Part shown: one piece after another, positions 46,093 to 55,796 of the stretch
How the letters are laid out: the number at the start of each line of letters is the position of its first letter
Position numbering within the stretch: position 1 is the stretch's first letter
DNA from: a virus
DNA: 64,000 nt
Direction: 5' to 3' (one strand)
IMG/VR virus record: IMGVR_UViG_3300044977_000123
Span: 59,223 to 123,222 of that record
The notes under the pieces: generated by a model
Database searches by the model: none
What the model was told of the DNA's origin: nothing
Seen by the model: only the letters and a program-made list of their open reading frames with translations
Program-made: the position numbers and the translations under genes

Positions 46093-46526
46093 CGCCCCTG
46101 GCGGTCACCCCGAACGCGACGTGGCTGCTGAACCCGCAATCGCGCCAGCCGCTCCTGTCCAGGATGCTGCTCCTCGCCGCCGGTTACGCCTGGGATGCCG
46201 TCCGCACGCCGGAGCAGCTCGGCCTCGCGACCGCCGAACGCCTCCTCGCCGACGCCCACGACCGCACGCAGCTCGGCCCGGTCCTGCACTCCCGGCGCTC
46301 CGGCTGCCTGTACTGGATCATCCGGCCCGGCTCGACGGCCGACTACCCCGACGGCTGCCGGCTTCTCAGCGCCACCTACTGGATCGCCGTACCCGGCGAC
46401 CGTGCCGTCCCACCCGACACCGTCCGCTGGCTCCACCTGCCCACGGCGGGCGTACTCACCCCGGCCGCATGGCTCGCCGCCGCACTCCACGACACCCACA
46501 CCACACTCCCGGGAGGGACCCGATGA
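46089..46526 (+). CDS. Prim-pol-like small protein (paralog 2)
   Basis: AWDAVRT...GPVL...YWIIRPG...WIAVPG...RWLHLP. Confidence 0.7.
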   Translation: MTPLAVTPNATWLLNPQSRQPLLSRMLLLAAGYAWDAVRTPEQLGLATAERLLADAHDRTQLGPVLHSRRSGCLYWIIRPGSTADYPDGCRLLSATYWIAVPGDRAVPPDTVRWLHLPTAGVLTPAAWLAAALHDTHTTLPGGTR

Positions 46527-46720
46527 AGCAGCACCCCGACGACACGGCGGCACTCGACGCCATCGAGTGGCTGAACGGCCACCAGTGCACCTCCTGCCGG
46601 AGGGCACGGCCGACAGCGGTCCACATTGGCATGTGCCGCGGCTGCCTCGAACACGCGCTGTACCTCGACCGGGGCTGCGGAATGCCGCAGCGGATCCTCA
46701 GAGTCGGGGCACGCCGATGA
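46523..46720 (+). CDS. Small Zn-finger protein
   Basis: CTSC...CRGC; ATGA coupling. Confidence 0.55.
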   Translation: MKQHPDDTAALDAIEWLNGHQCTSCRRARPTAVHIGMCRGCLEHALYLDRGCGMPQRILRVGARR

Positions 46721-47091
46721 CCGAGCACACCGTTGCCGTCCGCGCCGGCACGCTGCCCGACACCATCGGAGCGCAGGTCCCCGGGAAGTTCGGCGATGCC
46801 GTCGGCGACCTCCGCCACGCTTGGACCGCCGTCCAGCGCCTCGCCGGGGACGTTGATGCGACCCTGCAGACCGCCGTCGTCTGCACCGGCACCAGCTGGG
46901 CCGAGGCCACCGCTGCGGTCGCCGAGTTCACCGCGGCCGCCGGAACGGTCGAAATCCATGCCATGGCGTCAGCTCGAGCTCCCGGGCCCGTTACCGAGAC
47001 GTGGGCATATCAGGTGACGCTGTACGTCACGTACCTCGATGCTCGCGGTGAGGGTGCGGCTGTGGGGCATCACGCGGACGGGCGGCAGTGA
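46717..47091 (+). CDS. Hypothetical protein
   Basis: ATGA coupling. Confidence 0.5.
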   Translation: MTEHTVAVRAGTLPDTIGAQVPGKFGDAVGDLRHAWTAVQRLAGDVDATLQTAVVCTGTSWAEATAAVAEFTAAAGTVEIHAMASARAPGPVTETWAYQVTLYVTYLDARGEGAAVGHHADGRQ

Positions 47092-47196
47092 ACGAGGCGT
47101 CAGGAGGCAGGCTTGGCAGCACAGTGGGGGGCGCACCGTGACGGCGCGCGCGACGCCCGTGCACGCCGGTGCGCCACCCGGTGCAGACGTGCGAGA

Positions 47197-47499
47197 TTAG
47201 ACGTCGGGATGATGGGGAACTGCATCCTCACCATCGGCTATGAACTGAGGCCAGTCCGAGGTGAACAGCCAGTGCAGCGGAACGCGGAGGCCGCGCGCGA
47301 GCAGGATGTACGTGTCGATGCCTGTGTCCGCCGCGCCGTTCTCGACGCGGCTGATTTGGACGGCGTGGACGCCGGTGGCTTCGGCCAGCGACTCCTGGCC
47401 GAGCTTGCGCCAGTCGCGGAGGCTGCGGATGTTGCGGCCGACCGCCACTCGCTCCGGCATGGAGTTCGGGTCGACCGGCGGGATTGGATCTTTAGCCAC
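47197..47499 (-). CDS. XRE-family HTH regulator
   Basis: IRSLRDWRKLGQESLAEATGV...ISRVENG...LARGLRVPL. Confidence 0.85.
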   Translation of the reverse strand: MAKDPIPPVDPNSMPERVAVGRNIRSLRDWRKLGQESLAEATGVHAVQISRVENGAADTGIDTYILLARGLRVPLHWLFTSDWPQFIADGEDAVPHHPDV

Positions 47500-47828
47500 A
47501 CAGTAAAGCTGGAGGTGGGAGCGGTGATAGTCCCTAACGGATTCGTTAAGCTTCCCGGCTGAGCAGGGTTGATAGATGGCTCCGACACCGATAGATTCGC
47601 ACGCGTGATCGAGTTACTGGTCGTTAACGTGGTTCCCAGCGCACCCTGACCCCTCAAGCGAGCGTCCGCAAGGCGCCGGCCACGCGATCATCTGCGCCCC
47701 GTCACGGTCGGACATCCATCGACAGAAATCGTCCAACGATCAACCATGCGCATGTCTACGCCATTGGCATATGCCGATCCTGACACCAACAACCCTCTGC
47801 ACACCGCCCAGCACCGGAGCACCGAACC

Positions 47829-48059
47829 GTGAACGACGACCACACAGACCGCCGTGGGAACGACACGTACATCGCGCACCCGGCACTGGAACGCGAACAC
47901 CTCACACGAATCGCCATGGCAGAGAACATTCTCCGCAACGCCCTTGAGCTCGACCTAGCAGTTGCCAGCCCGGCCACCCTCGCCATCACCTGCGAGGAGC
48001 TGCGCGGTCTCTGTCGCGACCTCCTGCGCCTCGTCCGCGACCACCACCCCGAGGCATAA
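47829..48059 (+). CDS. Small helical hypothetical protein
   Basis: GGAG RBS, GC3 bias. Confidence 0.55.
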   Translation: MNDDHTDRRGNDTYIAHPALEREHLTRIAMAENILRNALELDLAVASPATLAITCEELRGLCRDLLRLVRDHHPEA

Positions 48060-48093
48060 CCCCCATCACCTGCGATTTTTCAGCTCCCCAACA

Positions 48094-48141
48094 TGTGCTC
48101 AAAAGAAAACGGGAACCAGTCCCCGTTTTCTAAAGAGCACA
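48094..48141. other. Putative attP site of the serine integrase
   Basis: 48-bp AT-rich imperfect palindrome TGTGCTC-AAA-AGAAAACGGG-AAC-CA-GTC-CCCGTTTTCT-AAA-GAGCACA, central CA at 48117-48118, 33 bp before int. Confidence 0.7.
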
Positions 48142-48174
48142 CCCAGCGGCCCGGTTCCGCCTACCGTTGATCCC

Positions 48175-49692
48175 ATGGCCACCGCACCAATCGACACCCC
48201 CGCCAGCGAAGCCCTCGCGCTCCGCTCAGCCCTCTACGGCCGCGCGTCGAGCGACCCCAAGAAGCGCGGACGATCCATCAAAGACCAGTTCGCCGAAGGC
48301 GAGCTGGAATGCGAAGACCGCGGCTGGACCATCGTCGACCGCTACGAAGACCGTGACCGATCGGCGTCCCGATCAGCGCGGAGAGTTCGCGAAGACTACA
48401 CGCGCATGGTCGCCGACATGGAAGCCGGCCTCATGGACGTCATCGTCTATGCAGAACGGTCCCGTGCCAACCGCGACATGGACCACGCCATCAAGCTCCG
48501 CAAGCTGTGCGAGCGCACCAGCGTGCTGCTCTGCTACGGCGGACGCGTCTACAACATGCACAACCCCACGGACCGCAGGGACTTCACCCGGGACTCCGTG
48601 GCGTCCGAGGAGGAATCCGAGGCAATCAGGGAGCGAGCCCTGCGCACCGCCCGCCTCAATGCCAAGCGTGGCGCGCCCCACGGGCGAGTCCCCTTCGGCT
48701 ATGCGCGCAGGTACGACCCCGACGAGGGCCATCTACTCGGGCAGGTCCCTCACCCTGATCACGCAAAGGTCGTTCGCGACCTGTTCACGCGCGCCGCGGC
48801 ACGCGAGTCATTCGTCGCGCTCACGGCCGACCTCGCGAAGTACATCCCCGATACCAGCCGCTACGGGCTCCGATACATCCTTCGCAACAAGGCGTACATC
48901 GGCATCCGCATGCACAACGGCGCCGAGTCGAAGGCGGCCTGGGACGCGATCGTCCCCGAGGAGCTCTTCTGGCGGGTGCAGGCGGTCCTAGCCGAACCCG
49001 AGCGGCGTACCGTGCAGTCGAACGAGGTCACGCATTTGTTGTCCGGCATCGCCCCGTGCGAGGCGTGCCTGGGCGACGGCGCCGCCGAACCCGGATTGGT
49101 CATCAACAGGCCGCGGCACTATCCGCGTCCGTGCTACCGCTGCCCGCGCGGACATGTTCAGGTCGCGGCGGAGCGCCTGGACGCCTACGTGGAGGAGGCC
49201 TTGTTCGTGTGGTTCGGGACACCGGCCGCGGCCCTGGCGTTCCAGGCTCCTGACGGCGGTGAGCTGGAGGCGGCGCGCGCCCGGCTGGCAGCGCTGACTT
49301 TCCAGCTGGGTGAGGCGCGGGAGTTGGCCGGCCAGTTCCATCCGGTGACGTTTCAGCCCAAGCTGCCTGCTGCGTCCCTTGCGGTGATCGAGGCCCAGGT
49401 GGGTCCGGCTGTTGAGGCGGCCGAGGCGGAGGTTCGCCGGCTGACGGCTGTGGGCGACCCGGCGATCGGGCGGCTCATGAGTGCGGGCCCTGAGCGTCGT
49501 GCGGAGGCGTGGGAGCGTCTGACGATGGCTCAGCGCCGCCATGTGGTGCGGTGCTGTGTCAATGTCCGGCTGCGCCCTGCGGCGGTGAAGGGGTCGCGCC
49601 GGTTGGACAGCGATCGGGTGCGCCTGGTTTTTGCGGGGCAGCCGGGGTTCGCGGGTCGGCCCTCGCGCAGGAGGCTGGTGGGTTTGCCTTAG
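48175..49692 (+). CDS. int: Large serine integrase
   Basis: YGRASS catalytic motif, D...SAS...R..Y..M, PFGY, LRNKAYIG, HLLSGIAPCEAC...YRC..GH Zn ribbon, coiled coil. Confidence 0.95.
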   Translation: MATAPIDTPASEALALRSALYGRASSDPKKRGRSIKDQFAEGELECEDRGWTIVDRYEDRDRSASRSARRVREDYTRMVADMEAGLMDVIVYAERSRANRDMDHAIKLRKLCERTSVLLCYGGRVYNMHNPTDRRDFTRDSVASEEESEAIRERALRTARLNAKRGAPHGRVPFGYARRYDPDEGHLLGQVPHPDHAKVVRDLFTRAAARESFVALTADLAKYIPDTSRYGLRYILRNKAYIGIRMHNGAESKAAWDAIVPEELFWRVQAVLAEPERRTVQSNEVTHLLSGIAPCEACLGDGAAEPGLVINRPRHYPRPCYRCPRGHVQVAAERLDAYVEEALFVWFGTPAAALAFQAPDGGELEAARARLAALTFQLGEARELAGQFHPVTFQPKLPAASLAVIEAQVGPAVEAAEAEVRRLTAVGDPAIGRLMSAGPERRAEAWERLTMAQRRHVVRCCVNVRLRPAAVKGSRRLDSDRVRLVFAGQPGFAGRPSRRRLVGLP

Positions 49693-50303
49693 TGCTGGCC
49701 GGTGCCGGTGGCGGGGGTTGCGCCGCGGTGGTCGTCGAGGTGGACGATGTTGTCCTTGGGGGCGTCGAGGATGGCCTGGAGTTCTCCGAAGAGGACCGCG
49801 CGGGCGCCCTCTGCGTATGACTCGGTCTTGAGGCGTGCGTTCTGTTCTGCTGCTTCGGCGCGGAGCCGGTTGAACTCGTCCTTGATGCGCTGCTCGGCCC
49901 GTTCCTGCGCACGTGTCTCAGCTGCGAGGGCACGCTGGTCGGCGTTGATTGCGGCCTGGATGGCGCGCTGATCGGCCTCGGCTACGCGTTCGTCGGCTTC
50001 GCGCTTGCGGGCCTCGGCGTCGGCGCGCTGGCGGTCGCTCTCGATGACCTGCAGGGCCCGTCCGGCGAGGGCTTGGCTGCGGGCTTCGTCCAGACTCGCG
50101 GTGGCGTGCCGCAGGCGTTCCTTCTCGTAGGTGGTGTCGGTGACCCAGTGCTTGCCTGCGGCCAGCCCGTAGGCGATGGCTCCGGTGACGAGGAGGGTGG
50201 CACCGATGGTGATCGGGTCGGCGACCCTGGCGATGATGTACCAGCCTGCGACGACGCCGGCGAGGGCGGGAGCTATGGCGTACCACCAGCGTGACGGCTT
50301 CAC
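49689..50303 (-). CDS. Two-TM coiled-coil membrane protein in the immunity operon
   Basis: Two N-terminal hydrophobic helices, long coiled coil; downstream of repressor. Confidence 0.7.
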   Translation of the reverse strand: MKPSRWWYAIAPALAGVVAGWYIIARVADPITIGATLLVTGAIAYGLAAGKHWVTDTTYEKERLRHATASLDEARSQALAGRALQVIESDRQRADAEARKREADERVAEADQRAIQAAINADQRALAAETRAQERAEQRIKDEFNRLRAEAAEQNARLKTESYAEGARAVLFGELQAILDAPKDNIVHLDDHRGATPATGTGQH

Positions 50304-50315
50304 TGCAACCCCCGG

Positions 50316-50801
50316 TCAGGCTTGGGCTTCGGCGCTCCCGTCTCGGTCGTTTCCGGTTGCGGGTGGGTGCACGTCGTTCCGAAGTTTTTCGAACATGGCG
50401 CGTACCAGCTCGCGTCCGGCGGGGTCGTGGATGCTCCAGGAGTCCGCTACCTCGTCAGGAGTGAGTGGGCGCGAGCTTACTGACTGTTGTGGCTTCTGTG
50501 TCAGGGTTTCAGCAGGAACGATGCCGGATTGAACAAGAAGGTCCTGCAAGTCGACTTTTAGCGCCTTGGCGAGGGGGGCAAAGTAGCGCGCATCGGGCAT
50601 GCGTTCGCCTGACAGGAGTCGGCTGATCTGTCCAGCGTCCATGCCAGTAGCGTCGGCGAGGCGCTTTCGCCCTCCGGTCTTCTTGCCGGGGCGCACGTCG
50701 TATACGAGGTTGCCGTCGGCGTCTTTGACCGCCAAGGCCGCAGCCATGACGTACTCAGCCAGCTGCTGAAGAACTGACGTGCTCACGTCGTCACCATCCA
50801 T
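50316..50801 (-). CDS. Immunity repressor (XRE HTH)
   Basis: LADATGMDAGQISRLLSGERMPD; divergent from cro; -10 TAGCAT 6 nt before ATG (leaderless). Confidence 0.85.
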   Translation of the reverse strand: MDGDDVSTSVLQQLAEYVMAAALAVKDADGNLVYDVRPGKKTGGRKRLADATGMDAGQISRLLSGERMPDARYFAPLAKALKVDLQDLLVQSGIVPAETLTQKPQQSVSSRPLTPDEVADSWSIHDPAGRELVRAMFEKLRNDVHPPATGNDRDGSAEAQA

Positions 50802-50842
50802 ATTGCGATGCTAGCCACCCGCGATCCCCCGTGCGCTCACCT

Positions 50843-51015
50843 TTGTCAATTGACAACCCTACAGGTCCAGCCATTATCGCCCATGCTCGGGACCTGCACA
50901 TTTGCAGCATCTCCACGATTGCCCCAGTGAGACCGGGTCGCACCCTGGCGCAACACTTGTCAGCTGACACGACCAAGAGTAGGTTCAATGTCAGACGACA
51001 AGTTGTCGCCTGACA
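50843..51015. promoter_or_regulatory. Switch region: four TGTCA-N2-TGACA-type operators and early promoter
   Basis: Operators 50844-50855, 50958-50969, 50989-51000, 51004-51015; -35 TTGTCA 50957-50962, 17 bp, -10 TAGGTT 50980-50985. Confidence 0.8.
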
Positions 51016-51034
51016 TGAATCGAGGGGGTGACCC

Positions 51035-51253
51035 ATGCCCGCCACCTTCAACGCCGAGCGCTTCAGCGATGTCGCCGCAGCTAAGGGCGACAAAACCATC
51101 GAGCAGATCGCCGCTCGCACCGGCCTCGACATCGGTGTGATCTCCCGGCTCCTGCGCAGCGAAAGGCAGCCCCGGCTCGCCACCATCACCCGCGCCGCAG
51201 ATGCCTACGACGTCCCCGTGGACGACCTCATCCGCAGGGAAGCCGCCGCATGA
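51035..51253 (+). CDS. Cro-like HTH protein
   Basis: IAARTGLDIGVISRLLRSERQP; first rightward early gene. Confidence 0.85.
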   Translation: MPATFNAERFSDVAAAKGDKTIEQIAARTGLDIGVISRLLRSERQPRLATITRAADAYDVPVDDLIRREAAA

Positions 51254-51447
51254 CATCCGAAGAGCGCCTGCGGATCCTCGGCGCCGACTGCGTGGCTGAA
51301 ATCCACCAGATCGTGGCCGCCGCTCCCCCGCCGGCGCCCGAGTTGATCGAGGAACTCCGCCAGATCTTCGCCCCGGCCGTGCGACAGATCGCCGCCGAAG
51401 AAGCCGCCACAGCGAACGCCCGGACCGGCCACCAGTCCGCCGCCTAG
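51250..51447 (+). CDS. Hypothetical protein
   Basis: ATGA coupling to cro. Confidence 0.65.
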   Translation: MTSEERLRILGADCVAEIHQIVAAAPPPAPELIEELRQIFAPAVRQIAAEEAATANARTGHQSAA

Positions 51448-51535
51448 CAACAAAGCGGGTCACCGACTCCCCCGCGGATTCCGCCCGCGGCGCCGGTGAC
51501 CCAGGCAACCACTCGAACACAAAACCAGAGAAGGA

Positions 51536-51979
51536 ATGGTCGCCGTGACCATCTTGGCACCTGAAGTCAGAACTGCCGACCTCGCGGACGTCTTCCGCCT
51601 CGCTGCGGATATCGTGCAGCGGAACGGCTTGGCGAAGGGCGTGTTCGTCGCCCCGCCGGCCATCCCGGATGCGGACGGTGTGCTGCATGCCTCCGACGAG
51701 GCGTTCCGGCCGGTCGATGTTGTCGGCGCGATCCGGATCGCGTGCGGCGAGGACCCGCAGCTGTCGCAGTACGTTCCGGATGTTCCCGTTGTCGCGGAGG
51801 CGATCCGGTTCGCGTCGCTGCACATGGCGGGCGAGGCCCCGTGGACGGACGGCGCCCCCGACTACATCGAGCATGTCGCGTTCTGGAACGACTTGGGCGC
51901 GACGCGGTGGGGCGACGTCATCGTTCAGCTGCGGTACTGGGCGATCGAGGCCGAGCGCGAGTTGGGGCGTGCCGCGTGA
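51536..51979 (+). CDS. DUF6197-like phage protein
   Basis: AADIVQRNG..KG...GAIRIA...FWND. Confidence 0.65.
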   Translation: MVAVTILAPEVRTADLADVFRLAADIVQRNGLAKGVFVAPPAIPDADGVLHASDEAFRPVDVVGAIRIACGEDPQLSQYVPDVPVVAEAIRFASLHMAGEAPWTDGAPDYIEHVAFWNDLGATRWGDVIVQLRYWAIEAERELGRAA

Positions 51980-52155
51980 GCGCCCGCCTGTGCCCTGGCG
52001 GCACGATCCGCCCTGCCCTGGACCCGGCCGACCACCTGCAGGTGCAGGCCGACCTGGAGAGCACGCCGCCCACCTCCCCGCTGCGCGACTACCTGCAGAA
52101 CCGGATCACCGCGGAGAAGGTCCCGACCGCGGACCTGGCGCGGGGTGGGCGATGA
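51976..52155 (+). CDS. Hypothetical protein
   Basis: GTGA/ATGA coupling. Confidence 0.45.
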   Translation: MSARLCPGGTIRPALDPADHLQVQADLESTPPTSPLRDYLQNRITAEKVPTADLARGGR

Positions 52156-52484
52156 CGACCCCGAACGAGACCTTCGCGGCCTGGATGAAGGCTGAGCGCA
52201 AGCGGACCGGGATGTCCCAGGACAAGCTTGCGGTCGCCCTGCAGGACCGTGGCGTGCGGATCTCACAGTCCCAGATTGCCAAGGTCGAGCGCGTTGAGCA
52301 CGGCCTGCCGTTGGAGTGGGCCGTCGCGATCGCCGACGTGTTCGGCGCGAGCGTCGATGTCGCCTTGGGGATCGCCGCGGCTGACGCCGATGCCCAACGA
52401 CTCGCGGCACTTGTCGGCCGCCGCACGAGCGCCCTGTACGAGCTGAAGGCCGCGATCGCGGCAGAGCTGTCGGTGACCTCATGA
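52152..52484 (+). CDS. XRE-family HTH protein
   Basis: MKAERKRTGMSQDKLA...QSQIAKVER. Confidence 0.8.
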   Translation: MTTPNETFAAWMKAERKRTGMSQDKLAVALQDRGVRISQSQIAKVERVEHGLPLEWAVAIADVFGASVDVALGIAAADADAQRLAALVGRRTSALYELKAAIAAELSVTS

Positions 52485-52825
52485 CCGCCCTGACCTTCAC
52501 CGTCCCACCGTTCGACCCGGACGACGCTCCTTCCTGCAGGGCCCGGATGACGGGCCACGCGAACGCCGCTCCCGGCGCTGCCCTGGTCTGCGTCCTGACC
52601 GCCGGCCACGACGTGGTCGACGACGAGCACTGGGACGGCTTCAACTACTGGACCGACGCGGACGCCGACTTCCGGCAGCGCCTGTCCGCTGCTGCCGACC
52701 GTCGCCGTTCCGCCTCCGGTGCCCCGTGTCCGGACTGCCACCGGGCCCCGTGCTCCGGCAGCGCGTACTGCATGACCGTCGAGCGCGGCGAGGACGTGCG
52801 CGAGATCGAGGAGGTCGAGGTATGA
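52481..52825 (+). CDS. Cys/His-containing hypothetical protein
   Basis: Coupled; CVLTAGH...H, CPDC...C...C. Confidence 0.55.
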   Translation: MTALTFTVPPFDPDDAPSCRARMTGHANAAPGAALVCVLTAGHDVVDDEHWDGFNYWTDADADFRQRLSAAADRRRSASGAPCPDCHRAPCSGSAYCMTVERGEDVREIEEVEV

Positions 52826-53451
52826 GCGCCATCACTGCCAGCGCGGTCCGCTTCGCCCGCGAGACAGCCGAGCACCGGCTGACGGTCCTGCACGACGAGG
52901 GCCTGTACCGGCATCTGAGGTTCGCCGACCCGGGGCATGGCCTGCACTACTTCCACCTGATCACGTGGCCGAACGGCCTGCTGATCCGTGGCGACGGCCC
53001 GAACTTCGTGTTCTCCGCCTTCCCGACGACGGACCCGTTCGACCTGTTCAAGCACTCGGCCAGCGACGGCATCAATCCGGGCTACTGGCAGGAGAAGGTT
53101 GTCGCGGGCCAGGTGAAGTCGTGGTCGGAGGACAAGTTCCGGGCGTGGCTGGCCAGCAAGGCGGCTGATGCTGACGGCCGGTTCCCGGGTGCGGTGGACG
53201 CGGTCCGCGAGCAGATCCTGTATAGCGACTTCCACAGCACCGAGCACGAGTCCACGGCCCGGCATGCGGTCGCCTCGTTCTCCCATGGCGACTTCCGGCT
53301 GCGGTTTCCGGACGAGTGGGAGCTGAGCTTTGACGACTACTCGTGGGAGTTCCTGTGGGCCTGCCACGCGATCGTCTGGGGCATCCAGCAGTACGACGCC
53401 GCGAAGCAGGCCCCGGTTGAGACGGTCGCACTGACGGGCGGTGTCCTGTGA
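52822..53451 (+). CDS. Phage early protein of unknown function
   Basis: HRLTVLHDEGLYRHLRF...ITWP..L...GD...INPGYWQEK...FLWACHAIVWGI. Confidence 0.8.
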   Translation: MSAITASAVRFARETAEHRLTVLHDEGLYRHLRFADPGHGLHYFHLITWPNGLLIRGDGPNFVFSAFPTTDPFDLFKHSASDGINPGYWQEKVVAGQVKSWSEDKFRAWLASKAADADGRFPGAVDAVREQILYSDFHSTEHESTARHAVASFSHGDFRLRFPDEWELSFDDYSWEFLWACHAIVWGIQQYDAAKQAPVETVALTGGVL

Positions 53452-53885
53452 CCGCCCCGATGGGCGAGGACCGCCTCACCGAGATCTGCGGCTCCCGCTG
53501 TCCGGTCCACGATCACGTGTGTCGGCGCTCCCCGCACCCGGTTGCCTCGCTGCTCGACCTCCGCGATCGGGGCGCCTTCGATCCCTACTGCCGCGACCAG
53601 CGCGACAAGACGTCCGACTCCTGCACCTGGGACCGGGAGCGGAACGGCCGTCTCGTGGACCACCAGGGGCAGTTGGAGATCATGCGTTCCGCGATCTCGC
53701 GCAGCGGCGGCGAGTGGACGCCGGGCCGCGTGAAGCGCCTCTTCCACCGCGACGCCCGACTCACCCACGTTCTACGCGTCACGATCCGCCGCCACCTGGC
53801 CACCCTGCACGCCGAGGGAGTCCTGGAACTCCACGAGACCCCGGGCCGCCGCTACTACACCCCGACGAAGGACGGTGCCGAGTGA
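53448..53885 (+). CDS. Protein with C-terminal winged-HTH-like domain
   Basis: EWTPGRV...IRRHLATLHAEGVL. Confidence 0.6.
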   Translation: MTAPMGEDRLTEICGSRCPVHDHVCRRSPHPVASLLDLRDRGAFDPYCRDQRDKTSDSCTWDRERNGRLVDHQGQLEIMRSAISRSGGEWTPGRVKRLFHRDARLTHVLRVTIRRHLATLHAEGVLELHETPGRRYYTPTKDGAE

Positions 53886-54943
53886 CCGCTCCCACAGGCC
53901 AGCTTCCCCTCGAAGTCCCCGCGCCGCCGTCTCCGGGGCGTCGCGTCACACCGACGGCGCGCCTCGTCCTGCCTGCCTCGGCCTCCCGCGTCGACTGGCT
54001 CGCCGCTCGCCGGCGCGGCATCGGAGCCTCGGACGCCCCGGCGATCCTCGGCGTCGAGGACTTCGGCAGCCCCCGGCACGTCTACTACGACAAGACGGGC
54101 CAACTCGGCGACAACGCAGGCGACGCCGCGCACTGGGGCAGCCTCCTGGAAGAACCCATCGCCCGCGAGTGGGCCCGCCGCAACCGCTCCGTCGTGCAGC
54201 GCGTCGGCCTGGTCGCGCACATCGACGACCCGGTCCTGATGACGACGCTCGACCGGCGGATCACCGAGTGCCCGCTCCCGGAGACGCGGCGCGAGACCTG
54301 CGCACTGGAGATCAAGTGCCGCTCCGCATTCAAGGGCGGCCGATGGGACAACGGTGCACCGGACGACGTCCTCGCTCAGATCCTGTTCCAGCTCGCCGTG
54401 ACCGGCTACGACCACGTCCACTACGCGGTCCTCGTCGGCGGCAACGACTACCGGCAGGGCGTGATCCGGCGCGCCGACCACGAGAACACGACGACGAACA
54501 TCGTCACCGCGTGCCGCAAGTTCTGGGACACCTACGTGGCCCCCGGTGTCGTGCCGCCGCAGTCCGAGCACGGGGCCCGCGAGATCGCCATGTACCGACG
54601 GCTCAACCCGGAGCCCGAGGGCTACGTGGACCTCGATGACGACGACGACGTCCTCGGAGCGCTCTGGGATTACGAGGTCAACCGCCTCGCGGAGGCCGCG
54701 GCACGCAAGAAGAAGGAACTCGCGCAGGCCGAACTCCTGCGACTGCTCGGCACGGCGCAGCAGTGCTTCCTGAACAAGGAGTTGGCGTACTCCCTGGAGT
54801 CGAACGCGGGCCGCCCGTCGACCGACTACGAGCGCCTCGCCGAGCGCTGGCCGGAGGCGTACCGCGAGTGCGTGTCCCGGAAGCCCTTCACGCAACTGTC
54901 CATCGACGCGGCGTACCGCCACAAGCCGAAGAAGGAGTCCTGA
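53882..54943 (+). CDS. YqaJ/lambda-exonuclease-like recombination nuclease
   Basis: WLAARRRGIGASD, WG..LE, TTLD, LEIKC, AQ..FQLAVTG. Confidence 0.92.
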   Translation: MTAPTGQLPLEVPAPPSPGRRVTPTARLVLPASASRVDWLAARRRGIGASDAPAILGVEDFGSPRHVYYDKTGQLGDNAGDAAHWGSLLEEPIAREWARRNRSVVQRVGLVAHIDDPVLMTTLDRRITECPLPETRRETCALEIKCRSAFKGGRWDNGAPDDVLAQILFQLAVTGYDHVHYAVLVGGNDYRQGVIRRADHENTTTNIVTACRKFWDTYVAPGVVPPQSEHGAREIAMYRRLNPEPEGYVDLDDDDDVLGALWDYEVNRLAEAAARKKKELAQAELLRLLGTAQQCFLNKELAYSLESNAGRPSTDYERLAERWPEAYRECVSRKPFTQLSIDAAYRHKPKKES

Positions 54944-55719
54944 TGGGACTGGCAGAGACCGCCGCCGCGCTGGCGGGAAGCGAGACCAGCGCAGGAGCTG
55001 AGGCTGTGCAGCCAACGTATGCGCAGACGGGCATCGTCGACATGGGCGAGTACGAGCCCAAGGACGGCGACCCGGAGATGGTCCCGGTCCACATTGCCTG
55101 GCTGCGGGTCCGCCGGGACGTGCGGGCGATCGGGAAGCGCGAGACGTACAACGCCGCTGGGACGCGCTACAACTTTCGGGGCGTCGACACCGTCGTCAAC
55201 GCGTTTGGGCCGGTCACGCTCACGCACGGCGTGAACATCCTGCCGCATGCGGTCGCCGCCGAGTACCGCGACACGACGAGCTCCAAGGGCTCGAAGATGC
55301 GCGAGTGCACCGTCAAGGTGACGTGGCACATCGTTGGCCCGATGGGTGACGTGCTCGTCACCGAGTCGCAGGGCGAGGCCCTGGATTCGGCGGACAAGGG
55401 CACTGCGAAGGCTCAGTCGGTGGCGCTGCGGGTGCTGCTGCTGTTCGGCGGCCTGACTCCGACATCGGACCCGGACCCGGACTCCTCGTACGTCGAGCGC
55501 GGCGAGGCGCCGATCCGTCCGGCCGTCAGCTACCTCGACGAGATCGCAAATCCGCGCACGAGTGTCGGCCGGCTGCGGCAGATCCACCACGAGTTGCAGC
55601 AGACGCGGCAGGTCGGCGCGCTGGTGACGAACGAGGTCGGCGACCAGGAGCCGATTGGCGTGATGGTCGTGCGGATCGGCAAGGAACGCGCTGCCGCTGA
55701 CGCCCCGCCTGCTTCCTGA
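54943..55719 (+). CDS. ERF-family single-strand annealing protein
   Basis: YNFRGVDTVVNA...GEALDSADKGTAKAQSVALR. Confidence 0.9.
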   Translation: MGLAETAAALAGSETSAGAEAVQPTYAQTGIVDMGEYEPKDGDPEMVPVHIAWLRVRRDVRAIGKRETYNAAGTRYNFRGVDTVVNAFGPVTLTHGVNILPHAVAAEYRDTTSSKGSKMRECTVKVTWHIVGPMGDVLVTESQGEALDSADKGTAKAQSVALRVLLLFGGLTPTSDPDPDSSYVERGEAPIRPAVSYLDEIANPRTSVGRLRQIHHELQQTRQVGALVTNEVGDQEPIGVMVVRIGKERAAADAPPAS

Positions 55720-55796
55720 CGCCACTGGGCCGCCCCGGCCTCGTAGCGGAGCGGCCCACGGCGATCGATCCATCCGAACCACCGAAAGGGACCTCG

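Noticed and set aside
47500-47828. Possible ncRNA in the AT-richer gap
   Set aside because: No convincing helices; consistent with a divergent promoter region.
41347-48059. Host chromosome between two prophages
   Set aside because: Only accessory-type genes, and the att site is symmetric (attP-like) rather than a hybrid attL/attR.
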